Assembly (NCBI GenBank): GCA_043228905.1
Contig: JBHGNT010000151.1
Coordinates: forward strand, 1-64,000
Origin: Azolla caroliniana
Taxonomy: Eukaryota > Plantae > Polypodiophyta
Length of the DNA: 64,000 bases
Reading direction: 5' to 3'
The notes beneath the pieces are model-generated. The model saw nothing but the letters and a program-made list of their open reading frames with translations. It was not told the origin of the DNA and ran no database searches. The first letter of the stretch is position 1; every line of letters begins with the position of its first letter. Of the stretch, positions 12,147 through 23,517 are shown piece by piece. A program made the position numbers and the translations under genes.

Positions 12147-13029
12147 TGGGCAGTTTCATAGCAGCCAGCCCGTTTCATCGAGCCTCGGAAGTCAAGGCGG
12201 CCATTCTATCTACAAGATTTTCTGTCAATTCCTGCAGACTGTTCAAGGAAACTCGTGGGGTGGGTTCCTGCTTTCCCTCAATGCCGAGCTGCTCTTTACG
12301 GCCCGGTAAGAATTCAATAAATTGAGTAGTTGCACCTGCTGGTATAATAAGATATCCGTCTGAACTCCTACATCAATACCATCCATGTCGGTCTGGGTCG
12401 CAACATCAATAACATCATCCACACCTTGATCCTTACTACCTTTCTCAAGAGGTTGGTTGTCGGCAACGTCGTTGTCAGAGGCCTATCAAGTGACATTATT
12501 TCATTGACTACTTTTTTCCGCCGCTAACGGCCAACGAAAGAAAGAACTGCCATAAATATCAAGAACAGACCTTGTGTTGGCAAAGAAAGCCAACGCAAGT
12601 CCCTCTAATGCTGCTTTGAAGGCATTTTCTTGAAACCTATCTTAGTTGACGAAACGAAGCCGTATATCCTTCGTCTCCTAGCTAAAATCTTTGGAATCAT
12701 CATATTACTTTTACCAGGAGTAGTCTTTCCAGTGTCAGTCGAACGTAAAGTCATGGCTTCCATGTAACGTTGAAAGGGTCTTAATGTGGTGGGATCATCT
12801 GGGTTGTTATAACTCTTAGCGGATGGTTTGAAATCAATTTTAAAAGAACCTATTCCACCTCCAAGTGCTAATTTCTTTCTTTCTGTAATGGTTCTGGTAA
12901 TTACATCTACGGTGCGCCGTGCGAGGCTCGTTTTCTTTCCGGAAGAATACCCTTCTACAACCAACATAGATGTTTGACTTGGAAGTATATACGGCGGGCC
13001 AATACAACATCTTGGGCTAATAATCCATC

Positions 13030-13661
13030 GAGTTCGCGAGCAGTTAGTCGGAAAGGGGCGAAGCCGGGCAAAGCGGTTTCCCCGGTCCCCGAAGGAAGGA
13101 CGGCTTAGCCCTCCTCGGTGGTGTCTCTCAGCTGATGCGAGAAAGGTTAGATTGACTCACTTGGTACGTACCTACTGCCTGAGTAAGGGCTACGTATCCC
13201 GAACAGAATACGTCAGTATGTGTGTGGCGGAGTAATCCAGGGCCCAGTTTGGGCGAAAGCCTTGACTTCCACATGAAGCGGTCAAGGTTGCCGGACAGCC
13301 AGCCACAAGTAATTCCAGCATAGGAACTGACTTAAACAATCGAGCAGGTGCGCAAAGACCTGTAACCATTGGGTGCTCTGACGGGGCGAAGCAGGGAAGT
13401 GCGTAGCGCTTACTCCGTCCTCGAAAGGCAAAGACACGAAAAGAGAGCAACCACGGGAAGTAACCGCTTCGCATTGTCTAGTAAACGATGCGCGGTCTCA
13501 GAGGTCGCATAGTAGCGAGGGAGGAATGCCAGAAACCTGGCCGAGCCGCGAAGGCAACTAGTCAGAACAAACCTTAGTTCAACGCGGCCAGTACGTATGC
13601 GGCCGGCCGGCGTTGAGAATAAGGAACAATTCTTCGAAACGGAAGGGACGGCAATACTCTC

Positions 13662-13698
<37 letters not shown>

Positions 13699-13776
13699 TT
13701 AAGGTGTTCCGAGTGAGAGCTGTATGACAAAAGATTGCCACGTACGGTTTGGAGGGCAGCATTGACTGACCCCTAT
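13030..13776 (+). other. 3' portion of group II intron nad1i258g2 (5' end and exon 1 not present upstream)
   Basis: Domain V GAGAGCTGTATGACAAAAGATTGCCACGTACGGTTT at ~13715-13750; ends CCCTAT; the start coordinate is approximate. Confidence 0.75.
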
Positions 13777-13912
13777 TTAAGTTTGGTTGCTCGGGCTGTT
13801 ACACTTTCTGATTATGGTATGGTATTGTCGGATCCAAATGTAGGTACATTCTATCTATTTGCTATATCTTCTCCAGGGGTTTATGGGATTATTACAGTGG
13901 GTCGGTCTAGTA
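13777..13912 (+). CDS. nad1: NADH dehydrogenase subunit 1, exon 2 (136 nt)
   Basis: [45 protein letters not shown]; length equals 394 minus 258. Confidence 0.92.
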
Positions 13913-15428
13913 GGGCGGCCGTTCAGTCACCTGTGGTACTAAAGCAGCCAGCCCGGCCCGCCCATGTGGTCAAATTGTTTGTAGTGTGGAATGATCTGCT
14001 CTATACAGGGTGTAGGGCTCTTCGACAGAACTAGTAATAGGCTTGACTCGCGATTTGAAGGGTAGGGGGGGTTCTTGTGTAGGAGGCTAAAAGGGGATAG
14101 GGATACGTTCAAAGAAGTTCAGGAAGAAAGGAAGAGCATGCCGTAAAAGCATGGTTGAAGGTCGATCCTGTCTTCCCAGGGAGTACCTAACAACACCATG
14201 TGGAAGAACCAACCTTGTGGATCAGGATGAGGTGCCGTCCTAGCGAATTGAAGTCTCCTTGGGTAGCCAACGACCTACAGTTATCCTTGTACCTCTGTGC
14301 CGAGCGAACGACTGTACGCTGTCTTGTTTTCTGCCAGCTGGGATTGCTTGCCGGCCAGATCGGATTGGAGCAACCATTGCATGAAGGCACATTACCCATC
14401 CTCTTGGGGACAAGAGACTGAACGACATCCCGATTTACTGCATTCCAGGACATCTGGGATGAGAGCCGTAGGTGATACCGGCGAAACCCAGCCAGATTTT
14501 GTTCTGGCAGGTAGTCAGAGGACTCATAGTACCCGCCCCGAAAGGGGCCCCTCACGCACGCACGGGGAAGACGCTAGTTTTCAGGGAAGAGGAAAGTCTT
14601 TATTTCTTTTTCCACGTTGTTTTCTTCTAGCAGCAGGAAAGGAGTCTGGATGTCTGCCTAGCTTCGGCAGATTCTACTCAACGCAATCTGCAAACTCGAA
14701 TCCCCGAAACCTGACTCAATGCGGAATAGAATTGATCGTCGTTTGGTGGATCTCCAGCAAGCAGTTTTAACTAAAAGAACAGGACATACCACAAAATTCA
14801 GAGAGAGAACACGAAGCGATCGATCTGCTTACCGAGGGCTAAGGCTAGACCGCAGGACCTGGATTTATGACGTCCGGCCCGCTCCTCTCGAGTCCTGCCT
14901 GCTGGGAACGAACCACGAGGACGACCGCCAAGAACGGGCGTACTCGAGGGGGGCCAGAACCAAGCCCAAACGGGACGGAAGGGTACGGAGCGAGGTATTA
15001 TAAAGCATTGCTTTATGGCGGCCGAAGAAAAGAAAAGAAAAGAAAAGAAGCGGTTTTCATCATCATGCATGAAGGCGCGCGCGCGCGCCGGTTCATCATG
15101 AAGGCGCTGAGTCAGAATTTTCCACTCCGCTAAACTAAAGAGGACGACAGAGAAGCAGGAGACGACGAACCCCTGCAACTACGTCGGACCTCTCGGAGTG
15201 AAAAAGAAAGCCAGATGGTGGTAGACTATCACGTACGGCTTTGCCCTCCCCGCCAACCACGTGTCAATGTGCCTCTACGGAAGGAACATCGACGGGCGGG
15301 TTTCCCGGGCGATCTAAAGCAAGTTGTTGGGGTAGAGAGCCGTATGCGCGGCGACGTGCTCGTATGGTTCGGAGAGGACTCAGCGTACACTGATCCTGTT
15401 GATTGGTGGAAAAGCAGCTTCACTCCTT
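13913..15428 (+). other. cis group II intron nad1i394g2
   Basis: GGGCGG start; domain V GAGAGCCGTATGCGCGGCGACGTGCTCGTATGGTTC at ~15335-15370. Confidence 0.85.
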
Positions 15429-15762
15429 ATTCCAAATATGCTTTTTCAGGAGTATCATGATTTGCCGTCTAAATGGTTTTGTACGAAGTATCTATTGGTC
15501 CTATTATCATTACTGCACTAATTTGTGTAGGTTTTTGTAATTTTAGTGAGATTGTCATAGCGTAAGAGCAGATATGGTTTCGCATTCTCTTGTTCTCCGT
15601 ATTGATTCTGTTTTCTATCTTTCGCTCAGTAGAAACTAATCGAGCTCCGTCTGATCTACTAGAAGTAGAAGTTGAATCAGTCGTGGGCTATAATGCGGAA
15701 TATCTTTTAATGGGATTTGCTCCCTCTCTTTCGGGAGAATATGCTAATACGATCTTAATGAG
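15429..15762 (+). CDS. nad1: NADH dehydrogenase subunit 1, exon 3 (334 nt)
   Basis: [23 protein letters not shown]; in-frame TGA/TAA at conserved R/Q positions; length equals 728 minus 394. Confidence 0.92.
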
Positions 15763-17220
15763 GTGCGGAGCCTTGCATCCGACATTCGTTGGGCTTCCGC
15801 TCCCTGCAGGAGCCAGCGTCCCCTCAAGGGCTTTGTGCAGTAAACTCCTCCGGGCGACGATCTGAAGACTAGTAGGTCCCGCGAAGCTTTCGAAGAGGGG
15901 TAGCCTGGTGTGTAAGCACAGCAATGAACCGCGAACCCGTCGGACGACCTATCTAAGATTAGGAGGATATCTCAGGTGGTTATCCCGCAACTCTTCCCCA
16001 GACCTATACTATCGAATGCTCATATGGGAAAGTGCGCTCTTAGGTCTGGAACCAGGGAGGGTTGCTCCGAGAAATCCCTTCTCGTTTCCTCCAGGGGGTG
16101 CGGACACACTTGCACGGATTACAGGTGACGGCTACAAAGATGGCGGGGAAGGAAACAGTACCCGACATCCAGGGATGAATGTAAACTCATTGGACAGGGG
16201 TAATCATTCTGGTCCTGGGAGAGAAGACTCACCAACAACAGTGGTAGACACTAGTCTGAAAGGCTAGCAAAACAGAATCACCGAGACAACGGCAGCCCCA
16301 TGTACTCCTGTTGCGGACGAGAGACTGCTTGCTTGCTTGCTTGCTACTGGCGTCCCATGAGCAAATTGAGTCTGAACCAGGCGACTTAACCCCCAGCGAA
16401 GAGGGATTTCTGCTGAAAACTTGTTCGTTACGTTACGTTAAAGGGGATCTTTTTGGAATGGTCGGAGAAAGACTCGCTGCGCCTCTTGTCAGGCGCCTTG
16501 CTCGAGCCCGCGGGAGAAGTGATGGTACTGTTTATTTCCAAAAATTCGTTCTCGGAGTCAGAAGGTAAAGCACCGTATCTCACAGCTCCCTACTAACGCT
16601 CCGCTATCAATTCCAAGTTAGAGGAGGGAGGAGTACCCTGGTCTGGTAGCCAACCCACTTTAATGCTATCGCATTCTCTCTGCTGGGTTAAAACCTAAAG
16701 AAAGTGTGCTTATCAGCAGCAAGCACAAACCCGGTTGGTTGTTTTCAGCTGCCCTTTCTGTAGGTTGAGTGGCTTCAATCTCTCCCCCCGGCAGGCAGGC
16801 AGGCAGGCAGGCAGGAACTTTCTCGCTCGGCCTTTGACCACCTACCTCTCATTGTTCTCCTGGGGACTCACTCACTTTAGAGATTTTTCTCCGTCTATGC
16901 GGGCTCTAAGCCGATGAACCGGTTCATCATGAAGGCCTTCATGATGAAAAAGGGGTTGGCGGGTTTGATGAACCGCCTTGTAGGCCAGCCTGAACTGTAA
17001 GTCGATCCCACTCTGCTGCTGCTGTGCCAACCACCACCGAGACATCCATGCGAGAGAGAGATCGGATTCGAAGACCTAAACGTTGCATTGGTTGGAGAAG
17101 AGGAAACTCAATATTCCCGGGACGGAGCCGTATGACGCGAGAGTGTCACGTACGGTTCTTTGAGAAGGGTGTGGATACACCTATTGGGCTAAGGGCCACA
17201 GAGCCGCGCCCTCACTCTCC
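15763..17220 (+). other. cis group II intron nad1i728g2, without a matR ORF
   Basis: GTGCGG start; domain V GAGCCGTATGACGCGAGAGTGTCACGTACGGTTC at ~17125-17158; 1458 nt long. Confidence 0.88.
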
Positions 17221-17479
17221 TAGTCTATGTACACCGCCTTTCCCGGGAGGTTGGCCATCCATTTTAGATCTTCCTAGTTTCCAGGGAATTCCGGGCTCAA
17301 TCTGGTTTGGCACAAAGGTTATTTTCTTTCCGTTCGTATATATATGGGTTTGCGCAGCATTTCTATGACATTGTTATGATTAACCAATGAGACTTGGACG
17401 GAAAGTCTTCCCGCCTTTATCATTAGCTCGGGTAGTTTCTGTATTCGGCGTTCCAGTAGCCTTTGACTGGCTACCTCAA
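17221..17479 (+). CDS. nad1: NADH dehydrogenase subunit 1, last exon; stop probably created from CAA (a TGA follows at 17480-17482)
   Basis: [36 protein letters not shown] corresponds to [20 protein letters not shown] after editing. Confidence 0.92.
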
Positions 17480-17941
17480 TGAATTGAGCATACTGTGATG
17501 TTGAACGTCATAATTAATGGGGTTCTGGTCGGAAGAAAACGGCGTCCAGACCCCTCTCACGCACGCCCGCCGATGGAAATTTCGTAAACAGAATGCCGCC
17601 TTGCGATCGTCCGATCGATGCTTCTTCGAGGGTGAGAGCACCGACCGGGAAAATAAAAGGAGGAAAGAACCGATACCCCAGCTACTACGGCGCGCGCCTC
17701 CCAGATCACAACAATATCTTCTTCTTTTGCTAGGCTTACGGCAGACGCCCTCGGCATAATCGCAATGGACGGCCCTAGGTACGGTAGTGGCGAGTCCAGG
17801 TTGCTTGACCTAAACGATTTACCGCCAACCGAAAGGTAATCGTTCGGTTATGTCAAGGGGTGAGTGCTGTGTCAAGCGGGCGGATGCATGATGAACGCTT
17901 TTCGGGGCCGCACGCAGAAGGAAAAACACAGATTGCGAAAT

Positions 17942-18322
17942 ACGCCTACCATAAATTAATTGCTTCGTCATTGTAGAAGGGCAAAACGTCACAAAACATG
18001 TACTTGAGCTTCGAATTAATGTCTCTAAAAGTTTGGGGTACGCCCGCGTGTTTCGACAAGAACACTAAAAAAACCTAATCTGGCTTTATGCAAGATAGCC
18101 AAGGCACGTTCAAGCAATTGAAGGAATATCATTGCTCACATCTTTGGCGAGGGTTATAATTCATAGGAGCATCCTGCGGTTACGGCTAGAGGAGGTAGAG
18201 TGAAAGATTCGTTAGGTGTGAATTATCATCGTATTCGAGGAGTTAAAGATTCGTAGGGAATCCCGGATTGAAGATGAGGCAGACTAAAACATGGTACAGA
18301 GAAACCTAAGAATTCGATACGA
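17942..18322 (+). CDS. rps12: ribosomal protein S12 (ACG start, CGA stop, 9 editable internal stops)
   Basis: (M)PTIN*LLRH...TRT.KKPN.AL.KIAK...RGGRVKD..GV.YH.IRGVKD. Confidence 0.92.
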
Positions 18323-19011
18323 ATAAAAAGGTCAAATCAGGGAATGGTTGCTTTTCTCGCTCATCGCCTTCAGACCGGTTTAATTTTTCGGGAAGACTTT
18401 CAGAATGACCGGCGGAAACTTTTGGAACGGAAAGCCATCCGCTTCGATCCCATTGCAAATATTTCTGCGCCCATCTAGCAGGGCTTTTGTCACCCAGACC
18501 CAAGGGAGGCCGTGAAGGAAGCACATACAGCTGCTCGGAGAGATTAAGCTACATCTGGGGAGTGGATAATAAACAAAAAAGATTAATCAAGAAATTAGTC
18601 CACTTTTGTATGATTGATGGTAAAAGAACAAAATCTCGTGTTATTGTTTCCTAAACTTCTTCTCGTCTTTCCTGAACTGAACCCGATGTTCATGTTATCA
18701 CACTCCTGGCTAACGCCATAGAGAATGTCAAGCCTACTCGCGAAATCAAGAAAGTGAGAATCGCAGGGACTACTCGTAATGTACTCAAGATTATTGCCAA
18801 AGAACGTTAAGAAACCTTAGCTTTTCGTCGGATCATGGAAGCAGCTGTCAAATGACGTACTATGAGCAGAAATAGCCAGAGCTTGGATTAATGTTCATCT
18901 GCTGAGATACCGGATGCTTATCAAAGAAAGGGAAATGTTCGTAAAAGAAGGGATGATCTTCATAAACCGGCAGAGGCCAATAGAAGTTTCGCGCATTATA
19001 GGTGGCGGTGA
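18319..19011 (+). CDS. rps7: ribosomal protein S7 (ACG start overlapping the rps12 stop)
   Basis: [19 protein letters not shown]...[19 protein letters not shown]...[11 protein letters not shown]; 230 codons in one frame with only editable stops. Confidence 0.9.
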
Positions 19012-20399
19012 ACCATTGAAAACATGTAATGAGCTGGGGTCAAGAGCTGTTAGACACTTTAGCAGCACACACCCTACATCGCAGAATCGAGTAATTGGTA
19101 ATCCATCGTTCGAATGCTTAATGATTCTAATATTGACAATGAGACCTGCCAAAAAAAAAGAAAGCGAGAATTCGATTCTGGTGTGAATTTGGTGCTACGT
19201 GAATTTAATGAAGAAAGTTCGCACTCCCTTCCCTACTGATAATTGGGGGCATCTGAGCCCGCCCCTCGGACATGGGGGCACAAAAGCAGCACAAAAAGCA
19301 CTATACCCTCCCTGTCTAACTTGTTAAAAAACAACGGAGTAAGTCTTTGCCGGCATTGTTAAGTCATTGGAAAAAGACACCTAACAACAATGAAGATTCG
19401 TTTCCAGAGAGTTTATTCACCGTTGCTCCTGGAGAATACTCTGCAAACAACAAACCGTGCGTGCCCTTTCAAGGTTAATCTCAACGATGAAGCGGCTAGC
19501 TCGACTCCATCGATCCTGTGTACAATGTCTCAGATTACAGGCCTTCGCTGTGGCGGAACTTGATGACCTGGACTGCGAAGAGCCCTATAGTGACGGCGAT
19601 AGCGAAGCAGAGGTTGAAGAATTTCTTTTGCCTGCTTCTAACTTTATTATCAAGAATAATGTTCTGGCGGTCAGCGTTAGATAAATCTCATAAGAAATAT
19701 ATTCAAATAGGAATTTGTACGTTCAAACCGTGCGTGTGCCAATTGCTCGAAGAAGCAAAGGTTAAGCTTGAAGCCGAAGAAAAGAGAGGTAAGGAAAGAT
19801 TAATGATAAGCGATGGATTGGGCCAAACAAATTCGGCGGATTTCTTGAGAAGGAAGGAATACTTGCAAAAAATGATCGAACAATTTGTTGACGAGAGATC
19901 AATCTATAATAACTCGCTGGACCTTTTTGATTGATAAGCTGACCAACAAAAGGCAAACCAACATGCAGGATAGGTTTATTGCGCACTTCAAGAAAGATAA
20001 AGAACTAATAGACATTTTAACGTCCTTCGATGTATATACGATTGAAATACTTACGATATTTTAGAATCTTTATTGTTAGATTGTTTATTAATAGGGATTG
20101 CCTCTTTTCCAGAGTCTAAATTATTATTATTAAAATCTTTACCGTCAGATTGTTTATCAACAGAGATTGACCCAGACTCAGATTTTCTTGAGTCTGAATT
20201 AATCGAAAAACAAAATAGCCACGGCCTTTACCATTAAACTTACATTATAACACTTTTTTTTCAATTTCAATATCTCATTTTCTAATGCTATTGTATGACA
20301 GCAGAAAAATTGCGGTATAAATGAAAATATTATTAATACAAAGAAAACCTTGTTTTCTTCTTTGATCAAACAAACTCATATCTTTAAATAATAAACGAA

Positions 20400-20620
20400 T
20401 TCTAGTTTGAATAGAATCTAAAGCTACTTTTGCTTTCATTCACCAAAAGCAGCTGCTTTGGTTGCGTTGGTTGTTAACCATTTTAAGAGAGTGTATAAGG
20501 ACCTACCACTCTATACGGCGGTGTACGATTGCTTCATATCAAACTACAAAGTATCTTCACTATTACCAGATCTATATAAATCAACCCTGTTCGGGTCTTT
20601 AGGTTGTCCGATGGCAACCA
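20400..20620 (+). pseudogene. fragment of a linear-plasmid-type (T7-like) RNA polymerase C-terminus
   Basis: FIHQK.AALVALVV...LYTAVYDCFIS resembles the NFIHQKDA...TVHDNF motifs, with a frameshift. Confidence 0.55.
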
Positions 20621-20990
20621 AAGCGTCTTTCTATTGTTCCCCGAACCATTCGAACTCTTTTACCAGATTCTTGGCAGTCCCTTTCCCAAAGAAAGTTGGG
20701 AAGTGCAGTCTCTGCAGGCAGGCAGTTAGCCCCTCGGGTCGTTCAGTCTCGAAGGTATGGTTCGGGCTTCGTTCGTTTCTTGTGACCAGATTCATTGGTT
20801 CGAGGCTACGTACGTTGGATCGGGTTCGGGCCCTAAAATATGTGATTGGGTAATTACGATGGCTCGTATACACGTTCGAGGATCACTCTCCAGGCGACGG
20901 AGGACTGCTTAGTGATTGAAGGGAGAGAAGAAACCCATTTGATTTCTCACTAGAGGCCTAATGATTGCATAACTCTGAGGTTCCAACTGC

Positions 20991-21076
20991 TACGGATAGA
21001 GGGATTTGAACCCCCACGACTGAGTAAGGTCACCAGAACCTAAACCTGGCATGTCTACCAATTCCATCATATCCGC
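20991..21076 (-). tRNA. trnL-UAG: tRNA-Leu(UAG)
   Basis: gcggatatgatggaattggtagacatgccaggttTAGgttctgg..., long variable arm. Confidence 0.9.
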
Positions 21077-21203
21077 ACATCGATTCTTATTTCGAAACCA
21101 CCCTTTTTCACTGCTAACTGGATAGAGCTAAGAACGCCAATGGCTCGGATGGCGTAGCAATTAGAGGAAACTGAAACACCACCCCGTATTTTTCGATTCT
21201 CCC

Positions 21204-21235
<32 letters not shown>

Positions 21236-21381
21236 ACGCGCGACTTGCTCAATGGAGCCCGCTTACGACGATCCCTTTTAACCTCTCAGGCTCTTATAGA
21301 AGGCTTATAGAATGCCTATATGCTTTCCAAATCAAGTTAGGGTGATGGGAAAGTGGGAATGCTAACTTATGACCATACTCA

Positions 21382-21468
21382 CGGATGGAGAGGGATTCGA
21401 ACCCCCGGTATCTCTCCGAATACTTCGGTTTTCAAGACCGACTCTTTAAACCGCTCAGACATCCATCC
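21382..21468 (-). tRNA. trnS-UGA: tRNA-Ser(UGA)
   Basis: ggatggatgtctgagcggtttaaagagtcggtctTGAaaaccga... Confidence 0.92.
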
Positions 21469-21686
21469 CTTTCCCGACAAGATCACGAGCCATCAATAAT
21501 CAACGGGAAAGCGTGCCAAGCTTTCAGGTCTTTGTAAATCGCACGCAACGCCTTCAGAAAACAAATAGGTTGTACCGCAGGGCCTCCTCTTTGGCCCCTC
21601 CGACCAGAAAGGTTAAGCGTGGTAATTGATCATTCTATTTTAGATTGATAGGAACTAAGGCGTCCTAATAACCAAGTTTACAACCA

Positions 21687-21759
21687 TGGGCAATAACGGA
21701 CTCGAACCGCTGACTCCCTCGGTGTAAACGAGGCGCTCTACCAACTGAGCTAATTACCC
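21687..21759 (-). tRNA. trnV-UAC: tRNA-Val(UAC)
   Basis: gggtaattagctcagttggtagagcgcctcgttTACaccgagg... Confidence 0.92.
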
Positions 21760-22149
21760 GGAGTGCCGGCGATACTTCGGAGTCTCGCCGGCTCTGTTTT
21801 CTGTAGGTCACATAGAAATTTATCCATTCTTTCTACGGCCACGTCAATCCGCTTCTTTTCTTGTTGGGCCGCGCCGCAATTGTCTAGCTTCTGCTACCAA
21901 CTCCCCCATCGGGCCGTCTGACTTTACCGTAGCCGATAAGTAGCGTTAATCGTCTTCATCGCGCTGATGAAGCAGCGGGTTCATCCACCACCTTGGTTCT
22001 TCCCCGCAAGCAACTTCCGCCGTATTATCCATAGCTGTTCATCAAGAAGGCCTAGAGTTAGTTTTCCGATAAGATTCAAGCTACAATTTCAAACAGCACC
22101 TTTTCTTCATGAAGCGCAAGAAAACTGCACTGCGGAAGAAGAAGAAGCG

Positions 22150-22924
22150 GTAAAAAGTGTAATATAAATGGCTACCAAAGTTCTTCTTTTGAACTTTCAA
22201 GAAGGCCTGAATATTCATGGATTATTATACGATAATCTTTAATGCGGCTCAGATTGCGGAAAGAATTGAATGCTGGAATTTCGAAATTCCGTTGGTAAAA
22301 TTCAGAAGGATCATGCAAGAAGGCAATATCATCTTCTGGCCATAATCTGCGAATCCAGCAAAGCAAAGCAAAGCAGCACTTTTCTTTTCACTTTAAACCG
22401 AGCCGGCGGCAATCTTGATGAATCACTGGCAAGAAGATGCTTTGCACTTTTCTTTCCACTTTAAAGCAGCAATCTTTGAACTCGGAAATGGCACTTTTCC
22501 CTGCAAGCCTGAAACGCACGCCTTCCCCAAAAGAAAAGCGGAACCACCTAACGAGTATTTTAAACAGCAAGCATGATGAACCGGCATGTTCATCAAACCA
22601 AACAGGTTCTTCATGCATGCATGAAGGCCTTCATGATGATGAAAACCGCTTCATTGGAATGTCACCGTCTCATTGACAACACGAATGATAACGAATTGAC
22701 AATATGAATAGTCACGTTAGTTTCCCATTCTTAAGCATGGATTATTATACAATAATCTTCATTTGCTTTTTTACTGTTGACAACATGTAGTGCGGGGGCA
22801 GGGTTTGAACCCGCAGTCTTCAGGTCATGAGCCTGACGAGTTGGCCATTTACTCCACCCCGCAAGCAAGCAAGCAATTGATCTCTCTCTAGCGAATCGGA
22901 ATTTATTTTAGAAAAAAAGAAGCC
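22150..22924 (+). repeat. ~775-bp direct repeat carrying trnfM (also ~35779-36558 and ~61380-62159)
   Basis: Identical ORF translations; copies differ by a 5-bp duplication (ccaaa). Confidence 0.9.
22790..22863 (-). tRNA. trnfM-CAU: initiator tRNA-fMet(CAU), copy 1
   Basis: gcggggtggagtaaatggccaactcgtcaggctCATgacctgaagactgcgggttcaaaccctgcccccgc. Confidence 0.85.
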
Positions 22925-23228
22925 GGCCAACTCCTATTCAATCTACTTGTGCGGGGGAATGTTTGCTTGCCCGCAGACCCAACTCCACGTGTTATTGATC
23001 GCATTTCCCGCTGTCCGTCCAAATGAACTTGCACTACTGGTTATTAAAGCAGCATTGATGTTACCTTAAAAGCAGCAAGCGCGCAAGAAAAGAAAAGAAA
23101 AGAAGCAAAAACTAGCACTCCCTTACCGGCTAGGTCTCTCCCGGCAGGCCACTGCCGCATTCCCAAAAAGCAATGTATGGGTTTCTTCCATCACGTCACT
23201 GTCGCATCGCTCGTGCTTCGCACTCGCT

Positions 23229-23316
23229 CGGAGGAAATGGGATTCGAACCCATGATACAAGAAGATTGTATGTTGATTTAGCAAACCAATGCCTTAAGCC
23301 GCTCAGCCATACCTCC
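23229..23316 (-). tRNA. trnS-GCU: tRNA-Ser(GCU), native mt type
   Basis: ggaggtatggctgagcggcttaaggcattggttTGCTaaatcaa..., long variable arm. Confidence 0.92.
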
Positions 23317-23354
23317 GGTTGGGATGGGGGATTCATCAAGCCCCCATCCCGAAG

Positions 23355-23385
<31 letters not shown>

Positions 23386-23517
23386 CTACTTGGGCCAGCA
23401 TGCACCTATTCTTTCTTTCTTTATCATCTTTATTTCCCAGATCTACAAGGGTATCCCTCTTCTCACCTGCATCTTATTTTTTGGGTTTCCTATTTGTGCG
23501 TGCTGCTTTAAGTAGTT

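Larger units (their letters stand above)
10824..21872 (+). repeat. ~11.05-kb direct repeat, copy 1 (copy 2 at 47392-58440)
   Basis: All ORFs recur at a constant offset of 36568; boundaries read from the sequence. Confidence 0.95.

Noticed and set aside
16913-16976. CRISPR-like interpretation of the palindromic repeats
   Set aside because: The copies are dispersed and variable, with no regular repeat-spacer array and no cas genes.
17942-19011. Calling rps12, rps7, nad1, nad7, atp1 and atp6 pseudogenes because of internal stops
   Set aside because: There are no frameshifts, exon lengths match expectation, and the stops are TAA/TAG/TGA at Gln/Arg positions, consistent with U-to-C editing.
19200-20400. 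Bacterial (Rickettsia-like) HGT insert in the AT-rich region
   Set aside because: No recognisable bacterial gene; the adjacent plasmid-type RNA polymerase remnant suggests plasmid origin, and a database search would be needed.
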